Of a stretch of DNA of 64,000 bases, positions 13,375 through 23,633 are shown piece after piece. A model generated the notes under the pieces. It was not told the DNA's origin, made no database searches, and saw nothing but the letters and a program-made list of their open reading frames with translations. A program made the position numbers and the translations under genes. Within the stretch, counting starts at the first letter, position 1, and each line of letters starts with the position of its first letter. Location of the stretch: positions 10,484,973 to 10,548,972 of the forward strand of contig OZ037770.1 in NCBI GenBank assembly GCA_964035545.1. Direction: 5' to 3'. Origin of the DNA: Bugula neritina (lineage: Eukaryota; Animalia; Bryozoa).

Positions 13375-13569
13375 TGTTTATGTTATGTTTGCTTTATAGA
13401 TTCAGAGACTGGTCAAAGAGTTTAAGATAGTTTATTGCTCAAGATATTAAAGGTCCACTCTGAATAGATCTAAAAGCACAAACTGACTATTATTAATAAC
13501 ACGAATAACATAGTATAAAGTATAAGCCTTTACAAACAAAGACAAAGCTTATTCAGCATATCATCAACA
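13375..13569 (-). repeat. 5' LTR of the minus-strand Gypsy
   Basis: Direct repeat of 8814-9008. Confidence 0.95.
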
Positions 13570-14086
13570 AATATAATAATATATAATATATTATTCTAAT
13601 ATATATATATATTATTATAATATATATATATATTATATATATTATTATTATACTTGTATAATATATATATAATAATATAATATATAATATATAATAATAT
13701 ATAATATATTGTTATAATATATATATATATATATTTTGTAAATAATATAATATAATAATATATTTTATATGATATTATATATATATAATATATATATAAT
13801 ATAATATATAATATAATAATATATTATATTATTATATTATATAATATATTATTATAATATATATATATTATATATAATATTATACTTATATAATATATAT
13901 ATAATATAACAATTCTAATATAAAAATATATAATATATTATTATAATATATATATATTATATATAATATTATTATACTTATATAATATATATATAATATA
14001 ACAATTATAATATAAAAATATATAATATATTATTATAATATATATATATTATATATAATATTATTATACTTATATAATATATATAT

Positions 14087-14643
14087 TGTAATGGATTTTC
14101 ACCCTCTTTTAGTTTCGAAATAACAGCGTGCAACAGTATATTATAAATACTGTTGCGTATCATTCTTAATTCCGTAATTATAGTTAAGTAAGTTAGCTTG
14201 CTAATGCCTAAGTATGGTAATTACTGTTAAAGCTCAACATAATGTAATTTTACTGAAATACGCATTCTGAAGTTATGTAATATTTCTTTTACTAATGTTG
14301 CTTTCTTTTGTGTGTGTCCTTTGTTGCTGAGATCGGCATTTCGGTCTTCCGAAATGCCGATATGCCGAAAATCGGCGTTTCGGCATTTCGGAGTCCCGAA
14401 GTGCCGATATTCGGCATTTCGGAACCCCGATCTCGGCAACAAAGGAATGTCTTTGTCTCGCTTGTATATAAAAGCCAGCGAGTTCCAGTGTAGTTCAGAC
14501 TACTACTGGAGCTCGCTGGTAGTAGGACCACATAAGCTGTATTTGATGCTAATAAAGTTATCTTCATTCGTATTCAGATACTTGGCTTATTCTCTCTAGA
14601 GCATGTAGGCACTAGTTGCATTCAAAACCCACAGTTTACTACA
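14087..14643 (+). repeat. 5' LTR with TATATAAAA (14465-14473) and AATAAA (14551-14556)
   Basis: Direct repeat of 20722-21278. Confidence 0.95.
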
Positions 14644-14644
14644 T

Positions 14645-14663
14645 TGGTGGCAGCAGTGGGATT
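14645..14663 (+). promoter_or_regulatory. Primer binding site, tRNA-Leu type
   Basis: TGGTGGCAGCAGTGGGATT, 1 nt after the LTR; complementary to the 3' end of tRNA-Leu (..AATCCCAC.GCTGCCACCA). Confidence 0.8.
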
Positions 14664-14693
14664 TTCGAATAACTAGTTGCCGAGCGGCACGCC

Positions 14694-15599
14694 ATGGCCC
14701 CAGGGGACACAGCCCCTGAGGCAGCAACACCACCAGCCCTCACTGTTGAGGCGCTGGTCACAGCCCTCCAGGGATTGCGGGGGCAAGGACAGGCATCACC
14801 TGGTGACAGGTATCGCCTCCAGCCCCCGAATTTCGGAGGAGAAGGAGACGTAGAGCAATTCATCAGGGAGTTCCAGGATGTGGCCACCATCGCTGAATGG
14901 CCAGTACAGGTGCGCATCCTCCAACTCCGGGCCTGTCTGACAGGCCGGGCCAAGAGCTTCGCTCTTGGGCCTGATGAAGAGCACATCATGCGGGCTCTCA
15001 GAGCCCGGTTCGGCCTAACAGCCGAAGAAGCAGCTGATCGTTTGCAGATAATGAGGAGGGACCGGAGGACTCCTCTGGAAGATCACGCTAACGAGGTAGA
15101 GCGCCTGGCTCAGGCTGCTTTCGGTCAAGCCACTGGCGACGACCGGAAGCGCCTCGTTTATAACGCGTTCTTCCGGAGCGTGAATCACCCGGACCTGCAG
15201 CGATACTGGCTGGCCGCCAAGGTCAACAGTATAGAAGAAGCACTGGAAATGGGGAAGGCTTACTTCCAGGTGGAAGAGCCTAGGCGACCGAGCTATACAG
15301 CCCGCCAAGTGGTCGAGGAGCATGAGGAGACCACCCCACTTCCAACTCCACAGGTAGCAGCAGCTGCAACTAAATCACCCGAGCAGACGCAGCTCACCAT
15401 GTTAATGGACATGATGAAAGGCCTGCAGGCTACGGTGACGAGGTTGCAGAGCGAACAGGCGGATAGGCGGGCTCCCCGATCACGGGACAACCCTGTCCGC
15501 CCATCTCTGCTAACCTGTTGGGGGTGCGGGGCGCAAGGGCACGTGAGGAGGCACTGCCCTAGAGGCCAAGGGCCTTTAAACACCCAAGGCTCACGGTAA
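14694..15599 (+). CDS. gag: Gag (301 aa) with a C-terminal CCHC zinc knuckle
   Basis: GCCATGG start; CWGCGAQGHVRRHC. Confidence 0.92.
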   Translation: MAPGDTAPEAATPPALTVEALVTALQGLRGQGQASPGDRYRLQPPNFGGEGDVEQFIREFQDVATIAEWPVQVRILQLRACLTGRAKSFALGPDEEHIMRALRARFGLTAEEAADRLQIMRRDRRTPLEDHANEVERLAQAAFGQATGDDRKRLVYNAFFRSVNHPDLQRYWLAAKVNSIEEALEMGKAYFQVEEPRRPSYTARQVVEEHEETTPLPTPQVAAAATKSPEQTQLTMLMDMMKGLQATVTRLQSEQADRRAPRSRDNPVRPSLLTCWGCGAQGHVRRHCPRGQGPLNTQGSR

Positions 15600-15619
15600 C
15601 TTCCGCCAACCGTGGGCCT
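15575..15619 (+). promoter_or_regulatory. -1 programmed ribosomal frameshift signal
   Basis: T_TTA_AAC in gag phase (15575-15581), 5-nt spacer, then 11-bp stem AGGCTCACGGT/ACCGTGGGCCT. Pol is in the -1 frame and open from 15578. Confidence 0.88.
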
Positions 15620-18600
15620 CACGCCAATCCCATCCGGGATAGGACTCGGAGAGGAGAAGAAGAGACCTCCACAGGGTCTGCCGATACCGAGTGGCAGAGG
15701 CCACGGAGATCTCGGAGACCGCAAGGTCTACCCGATCCTCCGGCCGTGCCACTCGAGACCCGGATGCAGCTAGAAGAAGCAGGATGGCAGGCACCTCGGC
15801 GATCTCGGAGACCGCAAGGTCTGCCCGATCCTCCGGCCTGGCCACTCCAGAACCGGTTCGCGGGGTTGCCCGAGGAGATTGTGGAGGAGGATTCAGCTTA
15901 CTCGCAAGAGTACCCCAAGCTACCCTCCCGACCTCAGAAAACCCCCGTTGTCTCTAAGACGAAGAGGAGGCCCGCTGTGCGGACCCAAGTTGTGTCTCCC
16001 CCAGAGACTGACCGCTCCAGGAGCACCCAGCCGTATGGAAGCAGCTACTTTCTGCCCGGAAAGATTTCGGGTAAAGCTGCCACATTCCTACTGGATACTG
16101 GGTGCACTACCAACCTGCTGAGTAGGCGTCTCTTTGACACTCTTGGTGCACGAGAGCGGGCGAGCCTCGAGCCGTATGAAGGTGCGCATGGTACGTTGGC
16201 GGACGGATCATGCATTCCTTTCTACGGCGTCATTTCACTACCTGGACGCGTCCGTGATCAAGCAATTCACGAGACGTTCATAGTCAGCCAGCTGAAAGAG
16301 GATGCCATCCTGGGAATGCCGTTTCTGGAGAAACACCAGTGTCACATGGATTTCCAGAAGTCAGTGGTGGTGATGGCTGGGAAGGAGCTTGTCTGCGTCG
16401 ACAAGTTCGGAAGGCCCTTGGTGGGCGGAGTCCAGGTAGTGCGGGACTGCACGGTTCCGGGAAGATCCCAGGCGACTCTTCGCTGCAGAGTCAACTGCAA
16501 GGGGATCGCCGGCCTGGGGGTGGTTGAGGGAACGCACGGAGCGATCCGACTAGCAAACAGCCTGAATCGGCTAGATTGTCGGCAGGAGCTCCTCGTGCAG
16601 TGCATCAACCCCTTCACGGAACCTGTCCGATTATCGGCTGGAGCGCTGGTGGGGAAGTACCACTCCATCCAGGAAGCGGATGTGGGTCCGGCACTGGAGA
16701 CAGTGGCCGACACCCAGGGGAACCCCCCTCACACCAGACGAGGAGCAGTCCCGGAGCATATGGCTGACCTATACGATGGAGCGTGTGGAAACTGTACAAG
16801 TAGTACTGAACGCCAAGTACTGGCTCAACTACTTGCGGAGTACAGTGATGTCTTCAGTCGTGGCGATGGAGACATGGGGCTGACCAAGGTCATCTCCCAT
16901 GAGATACCCCTGGCAGCCGGCACCACTCCCATCAGGCAGCCTACCCGGCGTCTAGGCCCGGAGAAGGAGAAGGAGGTGAGCCGACAGGTACAGGATCTTC
17001 TCGACCGGAATCTGATTGAGCCTGCCCACGGTGCGTGGAGCTCTCCAGTAGTCCTGGTCAAGAAGAAGGATGGTAGCTGGAGATTCTGCGTGGACTACCG
17101 CAGACTCAACAGCGTTACCATCCAGGACGCCTACCCTCTCCCACGGATAGATGAGTCTCTAGATGCCCTCGCGGGTAGCAAGTACTTCAGTACTTTGGAT
17201 CTGCTTAGCGGGTACTGGCAAGTACCCCTCAGTCCTGATGCCCAGGACAAAGCAGCATTCATCACTCGCGACGGGCTCTGGAAGTGGAAAGTACTGCCAT
17301 TTGGACTAACGTCCGCTCCGGCAACTTTCCAACGGCTCATGGAGCAGGTCCTCAGTGGGTTACACTGGAAGACCCTCCTCATCTATCTAGACGACGTCAT
17401 TGTCATTTCCCCAGACTTCTCGACTCATGTCAGTCGTCTGCGGGAGGTCTTTGACCGTCTCCGGGCAGCTGGACTGAAGCTGAAGCCCTCCAAGTGTGCA
17501 CTCCTGCAACCGGAAGTCACGTACCTTGGCCATGTGGTTGGCCGTGATGGGGTCGCTACCGACCCAGAGAAGGTACAGGCTGTGAAGGAGTGGACTGTCC
17601 CCCGTGACCTCCCTGAGTTGCGCGCATTCCTGGGCCTAGTAGGGTATTACCGGCAGTACATACCTGGCTTCGCAGGAGTGGCTCAGCCGTTAAATCGGCT
17701 GACCGCAAAGGGGGTCCGGTGGCAGTGGACACAGGAGGAGCAGCAGGCATTCGACCACCTCAAGCAGCGGCTAATGGAGGCGCCAATTCTGGCGTATCCT
17801 GACCCAGCCCAAGAGTACATCCTGGACACTGACGCCAGCGACCACAGCGTGGGAGCTGTCCTGTCTCAAGTCCAGGGTGGAAGTGAGGTGGTCGTAGCTT
17901 ACTACAGCAAGACTCTCGCGGCCGCCGAGAAGAACTACTGCACCACTAGGAAGGAACTCCTAGCAGTAGTCAAGGCGGTCAAGCACTTTCGGCCATATCT
18001 GTATGGGAGAACGTTCCGTTTGCGAACAGACCATGCATCACTGATATGGCTGTGTAAACGTGCAGAGCCCTCGAGCCAGGTGGCTCGTTGGCTAGAGATT
18101 CTTGCCGAGTTCTCTTACCGGATAGAGCACCGTGCTGGCCGGAAGCACGGGAACGCCGACGGCATGAGCCGCCGGCCGGTAGGAGACTGTAAGCAGTGCC
18201 TGCACATTGAGAAGCGGGACGGGGGACCCGCTCGCCTTGACGTGGAAACAGAGTTAGGGGAGGGCGCCGTCTATCGGTGGGAGCACGGCCATCTTCGGAC
18301 CGAAACCCACTCAGACGACGTCCAGGCGCTTCACGCCAACCCCACTCTATACCAGAACGTCAAGGAGCTGTGCCGACTCCAGGAGACGCTACCCGGTGCG
18401 GTAGCGGACATCTTCCGGGCCAAGAAGGAGGGCCGACGACCTAGCGAGGAACAGCAGCGGCAGGGAGACGTTGAGTTCCAACTCCTCTGTCGTCGCTGGG
18501 ACGCCCTCAAGGTCAGTCCTGATGGCCTCCTGATGATAACGTTAGCAGCAGACAACCGTCAGCAGGAGAGGGACCGCGTCGTCTGTCCACGCGCCCTCCG

Positions 18601-20497
18601 ACGGGAACTGATCTGGGACACCCATAAGCAGGCTCATTCTGGAGTCAGCCGGGTCATCAGGTGTCTGCGGCTGCGTTGGTATTGGCCCGGAATGACTCGG
18701 GACGTACGACTGCGGGTACGGCAATGCGAGGTCTGCCAAGCTAGTAAGCATGGCCGCCCCACGGAAACCACTGGTCGACGCCGGCTATACGCTGGTCGAC
18801 CGTGGCAAGTAGTGGCGGTGGACCTCGTCGGGCCTATGCCGTTATCCGCCAGAGGGAACACCTGGATACTGGTGCTCACGGACCACTTCACCCGGTGGGC
18901 AGATGCTCTGGCTATTCCAGACGCAACAGCCCCCACGGTGGCCCGGACCCTGGACCAACATGTGTTCTGTTACCTCGGTTTACCCGAGCAGATACATACG
19001 GACCAGGGTGCCCAGTTCCAGTCCCAGCTCATGGGAGACCTCTGCCGGATATGGGGGGTGAACCAGAGTCGGACCACCCCATATCACCCGCAAGGGAACG
19101 GAGTCGTCGAGCGGAACAACAGGATGTTAGGTGATGCCCTCAGGAGCCTGCTCCTTGGTCGAGGTCAGGAAGAATGGGACGTGGTGCTGCCGCAAATCAT
19201 GCGGGCTTACCGCAGCACACCACACTCCGCCACGCAGGAGACCCCAAACTTCCTGATGCTAGGCCGAGAGACGCGGGTTCCGGAACACCTGACATACCAT
19301 GTTCCTGCCCCCGAGTCACCGGTACACGAATATGTGGAGGGTCTGATAGACATCATGGGCAAAGCTCATGATGCACTGCGTACCCAGCAGTGGCAGACCC
19401 GCACAGAGGACTCGGAAGAGCCCCCGTTGTACCAAGTGGGAGACTGGGTCTGGATGGTGAGCTACCGTAGGCGACGCGGACAGTCGGCTAAACTTCAGCC
19501 CAAGTTCGTCGGTCCCTACTGTGTAGTGGAGGTGCTGCCCAACCACACATACCGTGTGGAGCGCTCTGGCCAGGTCTCGGTCCAGAGCGAGCAGCGCCTG
19601 AAGCCTTACCATGCCAGCCCAGACGCAGTGGGTGAGGCTCCACCCCTCCTGGAGCCCCACCGCCAGCCCAACCGTCGAGGACAGGCCACCCGCCCTCGAG
19701 AGGTGGAAATTGTGTTCCCCAGAGAGACGGACCAGGAGCAAACCGCCCTGTTGGAGCAGCTGGAGCGACAACAGAGAGAGGAGCGGGAACAAGAACGACA
19801 GCAAGCCCTAGGACCACCACCCCTCCAGGGGGAGGACACCCCCACCCGTGTTACGGGTGAAGGCGGGGACCCCCCTTCAGCGGTAGCTGAGGAGCCACCG
19901 GCACCAGCAGCGCCTATACAGCAGGAACGGAGTCAGAGGGCCAGAAGGCCCCCCGGATATCTGGCGGACTACCACGTGGGACACATGGAGATGTCCCAAC
20001 AGAGGAGTGGTACACCCAGTACGGGTAAAAACTCCGAGCCTAAGTTGCAGAACAGCCCTGGCAGTACCGGACTTCTCCAAAAGCAATTACCCCCAGACCA
20101 GCACAGTCACCTGGACAACAGGTACCCAGCTCTTTCGGGTAATGTTGGCCGAGGTAGGTGGCAATACCCCATACCTATGGCTAACTTGGACCCCCCTCCA
20201 GAAGAAGAAGACGAGGCCACGACCCTACTACCCGCCCAGCTGATTGGAGATGGCGCTACCGCAGCCACCACCCAGCCTCTACGGGTAGCGCTGGCAAGAC
20301 TGGGCAAGGAGCCTGGAGCACCAGGCAGCCAGATAGAAGAGAAGACCCAGCCGACCCACTCACAGTTGCCCCGTCACGGGCAGAGTATGGCACTTCCTTA
20401 CCGAGAGTGCGTCCTAGATAGTGCAATCCAGGCCTGGTCCGGTACCCTTGACCGTTGTACAGAAGGGATAGAAAGCCTGGTGCACCACCTCAAATAA
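15578..20497 (+). CDS. pol: Pol (PR-RT-RNase H-IN with GPY/F motif and a long C-terminal extension), expressed as a Gag-Pol fusion
   Basis: LLDTG, YLDD, DTDAS, H-H-C-C (HKQAH..CEVC), VDLVG/TDQG/VER, KFVGPY. No stops from 15578 to 20497. Confidence 0.95.
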   Translation, partial: KHPRLTVTSANRGPHANPIRDRTRRGEEETSTGSADTEWQRPRRSRRPQGLPDPPAVPLETRMQLEEAGWQAPRRSRRPQGLPDPPAWPLQNRFAGLPEEIVEEDSAYSQEYPKLPSRPQKTPVVSKTKRRPAVRTQVVSPPETDRSRSTQPYGSSYFLPGKISGKAATFLLDTGCTTNLLSRRLFDTLGARERASLEPYEGAHGTLADGSCIPFYGVISLPGRVRDQAIHETFIVSQLKEDAILGMPFLEKHQCHMDFQKSVVVMAGKELVCVDKFGRPLVGGVQVVRDCTVPGRSQATLRCRVNCKGIAGLGVVEGTHGAIRLANSLNRLDCRQELLVQCINPFTEPVRLSAGALVGKYHSIQEADVGPALETVADTQGNPPHTRRGAVPEHMADLYDGACGNCTSSTERQVLAQLLAEYSDVFSRGDGDMGLTKVISHEIPLAAGTTPIRQPTRRLGPEKEKEVSRQVQDLLDRNLIEPAHGAWSSPVVLVKKKDGSWRFCVDYRRLNSVTIQDAYPLPRIDESLDALAGSKYFSTLDLLSGYWQVPLSPDAQDKAAFITRDGLWKWKVLPFGLTSAPATFQRLMEQVLSGLHWKTLLIYLDDVIVISPDFSTHVSRLREVFDRLRAAGLKLKPSKCALLQPEVTYLGHVVGRDGVATDPEKVQAVKEWTVPRDLPELRAFLGLVGYYRQYIPGFAGVAQPLNRLTAKGVRWQWTQEEQQAFDHLKQRLMEAPILAYPDPAQEYILDTDASDHSVGAVLSQVQGGSEVVVAYYSKTLAAAEKNYCTTRKELLAVVKAVKHFRPYLYGRTFRLRTDHASLIWLCKRAEPSSQVARWLEILAEFSYRIEHRAGRKHGNADGMSRRPVGDCKQCLHIEKRDGGPARLDVETELGEGAVYRWEHGHLRTETHSDDVQALHANPTLYQNVKELCRLQETLPGAVADIFRAKKEGRRPSEEQQRQGDVEFQLLCRRWDALKVSPDGLLMITLAADNRQQERDRVVCPRALRRELIWDTHKQAHSGVSRVIRCLRLRWYWPGMTRDVRLRVRQCEVCQASKHGRPTETTGRRRLYAGRPWQVVAVDLVGPMPLSARGNTWILVLTDHFTRWADALAIPDATAPTVARTLDQHVFCYLGLPEQIHTDQGAQFQSQLMGDLCRIWGVNQSRTTPYHPQGNGVVERNNRMLGDALRSLLLGRGQEEWDVVLPQIMRAYRSTPHSATQETPNFLMLGRETRVPEHLTYHVPAPESPVHEYVEGLIDIMGKAHDALRTQQWQTRTEDSEEPPLYQVGDWVWMVSYRRRRGQSAKLQPKFVGPYCVVEVLPNHTYRVERSGQVSVQSEQRLKPYHASPDAVGEAPPLLEPHRQPNRRGQATRPREVEIVFPRETDQEQTALLEQLERQQREEREQERQQALGPPPLQGEDTPTRVTGEGGDPPSAVAEEPPAPAAPIQQERSQRARRPPGYLADYHVGHMEMSQQRSGTPSTGKNSEPKLQNSPGSTGLLQKQLPPDQHSHLDNRYPALSGNVGRGRWQYPIPMANLDPPPEEEDEATTLLPAQLIGDGATAATTQPLRVALARLGKEPGAPGSQIEEKTQPTHSQLPRHGQSMALPYRECVLDSAIQAWSGTLDRCTEGIESLVHHLK

Positions 20498-20721
20498 CTG
20501 AACCGGACAATTGGGAGCCGCCAGCATTGGCCACCCGGACTGTATATATTACGGGTACTACTATCGTTTATATTATTGTGATACGTGTGACTAATCATAA
20601 TACTTTCTGTTAATCGCATATTTTTCTACTTTTGTGTTTTATTTTTTTTTGTTTTCTTTTTGTTTTGTGTGAAATCATCGTTCTGTTATCGAAAAGGGGA
20701 TGCTTTTCGATGGGGGGAGAA

Positions 20722-21278
20722 TGTAATGGATTTTCACCCTCTTTTAGTTTCGAAATAACAGCGTGCAACAGTATATTATAAATACTGTTGCGTATCATTC
20801 TTAATTCCGTAATTATAGTTAAGTAAGTTAGCTTGCTAATGCCTAAGTATGGTAATTACTGTTAAAGCTCAACATAATGTAATTTTACTGAAATACGCAT
20901 TCTGAAGTTATGTAATATTTCTTTTACTAATGTTGCTTTCTTTTGTGTGTGTCCTTTGTTGCTGAGATCGGCATTTCGGTCTTCCGAAATGCCGATATGC
21001 CGAAAATCGGCGTTTCGGCATTTCGGAGTCCCGAAGTGCCGATATTCGGCATTTCGGAACCCCGATCTCGGCAACAAAGGAATGTCTTTGTCTCGCTTGT
21101 ATATAAAAGCCAGCGAGTTCCAGTGTAGTTCAGACTACTACTGGAGCTCGCTGGTAGTAGGACCACATAAGCTGTATTTGATGCTAATAAAGTTATCTTC
21201 ATTCGTATTCAGATACTTGGCTTATTCTCTCTAGAGCATGTAGGCACTAGTTGCATTCAAAACCCACAGTTTACTACA
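20722..21278 (+). repeat. 3' LTR of the plus-strand Gypsy
   Basis: Direct repeat of 14087-14643. Confidence 0.95.
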
Positions 21279-21511
21279 ATATAATATAACAATTCTAATA
21301 TAAAAATATATAATATATTATTATAATATATATATATTATATATAATATTATTATACTTATATAATATATATATATAATATAACAATTATAATATAAAAA
21401 TATATAATATATTATTATAATATATATATATTATATATAATATTATTATACTTATATAATATATATATAATATAACAATTATAATATAAAAATATATAAT
21501 ATATTATTATA

Positions 21512-21587
<76 letters not shown>

Positions 21588-22012
21588 CATGCCGAATATT
21601 TACTACAAATTTCAAAAATAGCATAAATTAAATAGTATTACCGTGCCTATTTGCATCCAATTTACTAGTCTTACATTTATAGCAACTGTAACGTATTTTG
21701 TGTAAAATGGTTATTGCAAGCATTATTCAATTCATATTCACATTGTAATCACAGCGAAGCTTAAACTTTATAGCTTTGTATTTACGTGCATGATTAAGTT
21801 TTAATTTTTTTTAAAATTTATATGTATTGAAAATATGTTTAAAAACTTTACCAATAAACAAAACTAAAAAAAATGGACACATAATATAAAAAAAAAATAA
21901 AATCACAAAAGTGTCAAAATTATTCCTTTATAACTTATATAAACTTGCGGTACCATTAGCGACATAATGATTTTTCATGGTTTAAAGTCAACACTCTTAA
22001 TATACCACACTG

Positions 22013-22215
22013 TTTCGTCGGAGAACTACAAAAGGGTAAAATTGGAATCGCGCGCTTTTGATTATACAATAATATCCGGTTGCTATCTACCGTTGGGGAT
22101 TTCCCGAACGCCATTACTAACTTCCGCCTTTAGTGTCAGTATTCTGCTGAATTGCTGATAAAATTTTAGTTGACTAAATAAAATCAAACTTCAGAGTTAT
22201 CAGTGACTCAAAGGT
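22013..22215 (+). promoter_or_regulatory. Putative promoter / first non-coding exon of TRIM copy 2 with a kappaB site (22095-22105) and an AP-1 site (22204-22210)
   Basis: Local CpG patch, GGGGATTTCCC, TGACTCA and a candidate donor AAG|GTAATT at 22213/22214. Conserved at 33164-33370 upstream of copy 3. Confidence 0.5.
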
Positions 22216-23633
22216 AATTAGATCACACGCTCCAGCTACTGTAGTTTAGCAAAATGCAGTGCTAAATTGTCATTCACTTGCATTCACAGTGATAAAGTGG
22301 CAAGCTTCTACCTGCCACTTTAAGTTTATCACTTATACTCTTAATCTCTTATACTTATAGTTATACTTAATCTTATACTTGTACTTATAGTTATACTTAT
22401 AGTTATTATATTTTAGTTATTTGTTATTACTTAATCCTATTACAGTAGTAGTATTACTATTAGTATCAGTAGTGGTAGTAGTACTAGTAGTACTTTAATA
22501 ATAGTAGTACTACTAGTACTTCACTAGTGAAGTACTAGTAGTACTAGTAGTGCTTAGCACTATCATCTATGGCTATTAATAAAAAATATTTTCGAATTTG
22601 ACTTTCAAATTCAACATTGATTATGAATTAGAATATCATTATGAGTATCACTTTCATACTCAGTATGAGTATCAGCATGACTATGAGACATGATGTTAAG
22701 TTGGAGTATTCATTGATTAGGTTTGTATCACTATTGGTATTAGTTTTAGCCTCTTTCCACTTAAAAGCTATTACTATGACTATGGGTATGGCATTGTAGG
22801 TATCACCATAACAACTAGAAGTGATATACCTTATCAGTTATCATGTTTGTTGTAATTAATGAATAAATCATTGTAATTCTAGTTATTGTAAATGTATAAA
22901 TCATTGTCATTAGTGTTATGAATAATAAGCTATAAGTGTGAGTATCAATATGAGTATAAGTATGATTATCTGAATACCAAAACATATAATACTGAGTCTT
23001 ATACTTATAGTTACTATAAGTATAAGACTCCCAGTATCACTATTCAGGTTGATATTTACCTGCATTAGCCATTCACTGAATCAATAACTTTCAGTTAAGA
23101 TCGAATATGAATATCAAGATGAAGACCACTGTTACCTGTAAATGATTTTTAGTATCACTCTGACAATTCATATTACTAAGAGTGGAAGTAGCAACATCCT
23201 TTTCAAACTTATTGTGAATATTTATAACTATTTGACATAGTACAATATGTGTACAGCATCCTGTTGGTTAATCAAATCTTGGAAATCTTTTCGATTCAAT
23301 ATTTGAAAATTTTAAGCAATTTAAGTCGAATGATTTTATCAAATTAGTTATTATTAATTATCCACTGCTTATAGCTAATGTTTTTACTTTTAATCTGCTT
23401 CTTTTGTTTTGCTTTCTTATATTTGAAAGGCAATTTCAAATCATGGGGTTTTACTATAACTCAGTAATTTAGTGCTGGTTCTTGATAATATACATATTAA
23501 GTGTATTTTAAATGCTTCTAGAAATTTGTTTTGTTTGTTTTATTTTTTCTTATCCATTCTTTGTTGAAACATGTTTCTAAGAAAAAGTGTTTTTATGTAA
23601 AGCTTACATTTCTATTTTATAGGGTCGAGCTAA

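Larger units (their letters stand above)
8814..13569 (-). mobile_element. Full-length Ty3/Gypsy LTR retrotransposon (Mag/K02A2.6-like), 4756 bp
   Basis: 195-bp TG...CA LTRs at 8814-9008 and 13375-13569 with one mismatch seen. TSD AATAT. PBS, PPT, and gag-PR-RT-RH-IN order. Confidence 0.96.
14087..21278 (+). mobile_element. Intact full-length Ty3/Gypsy LTR retrotransposon, 7192 bp
   Basis: 557-bp TG...CA LTRs at 14087-14643 and 20722-21278, no difference seen by eye. TSD ATAT. PBS 14645-14663, PPT GGGGGGAGAA 20712-20721, open gag and pol. Confidence 0.97.
7648..22012. mobile_element. Foldback/hAT-like non-autonomous element with ~440-bp TIRs and an A/T-only core, now containing two nested LTR retrotransposons
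   Basis: Ends CAGTGTGGTATATTTAAGAGTGTTG / CAACACTCTTAATATACCACACTG. Imperfect inverted repeat 7648-~8090 vs ~21585-22012. TSD TTTCGTCG at 7640-7647 and 22013-22020. Empty site at 33164-33171. Confidence 0.9.

Noticed and set aside
14227-14599. Four short ORFs duplicated at 20862-21234
   Set aside because: They lie inside the LTRs and arise from the palindromic repeat; no coding signature.
14971-14990. CTGATGA in gag as another hammerhead
   Set aside because: No stem II/GAAA/stem III arrangement follows.
14639-20619. Many short overlapping or antisense ORFs within gag-pol, including possible env candidates
   Set aside because: Expected in GC-rich coding DNA; none has a signal peptide/TM layout or a recognisable domain.
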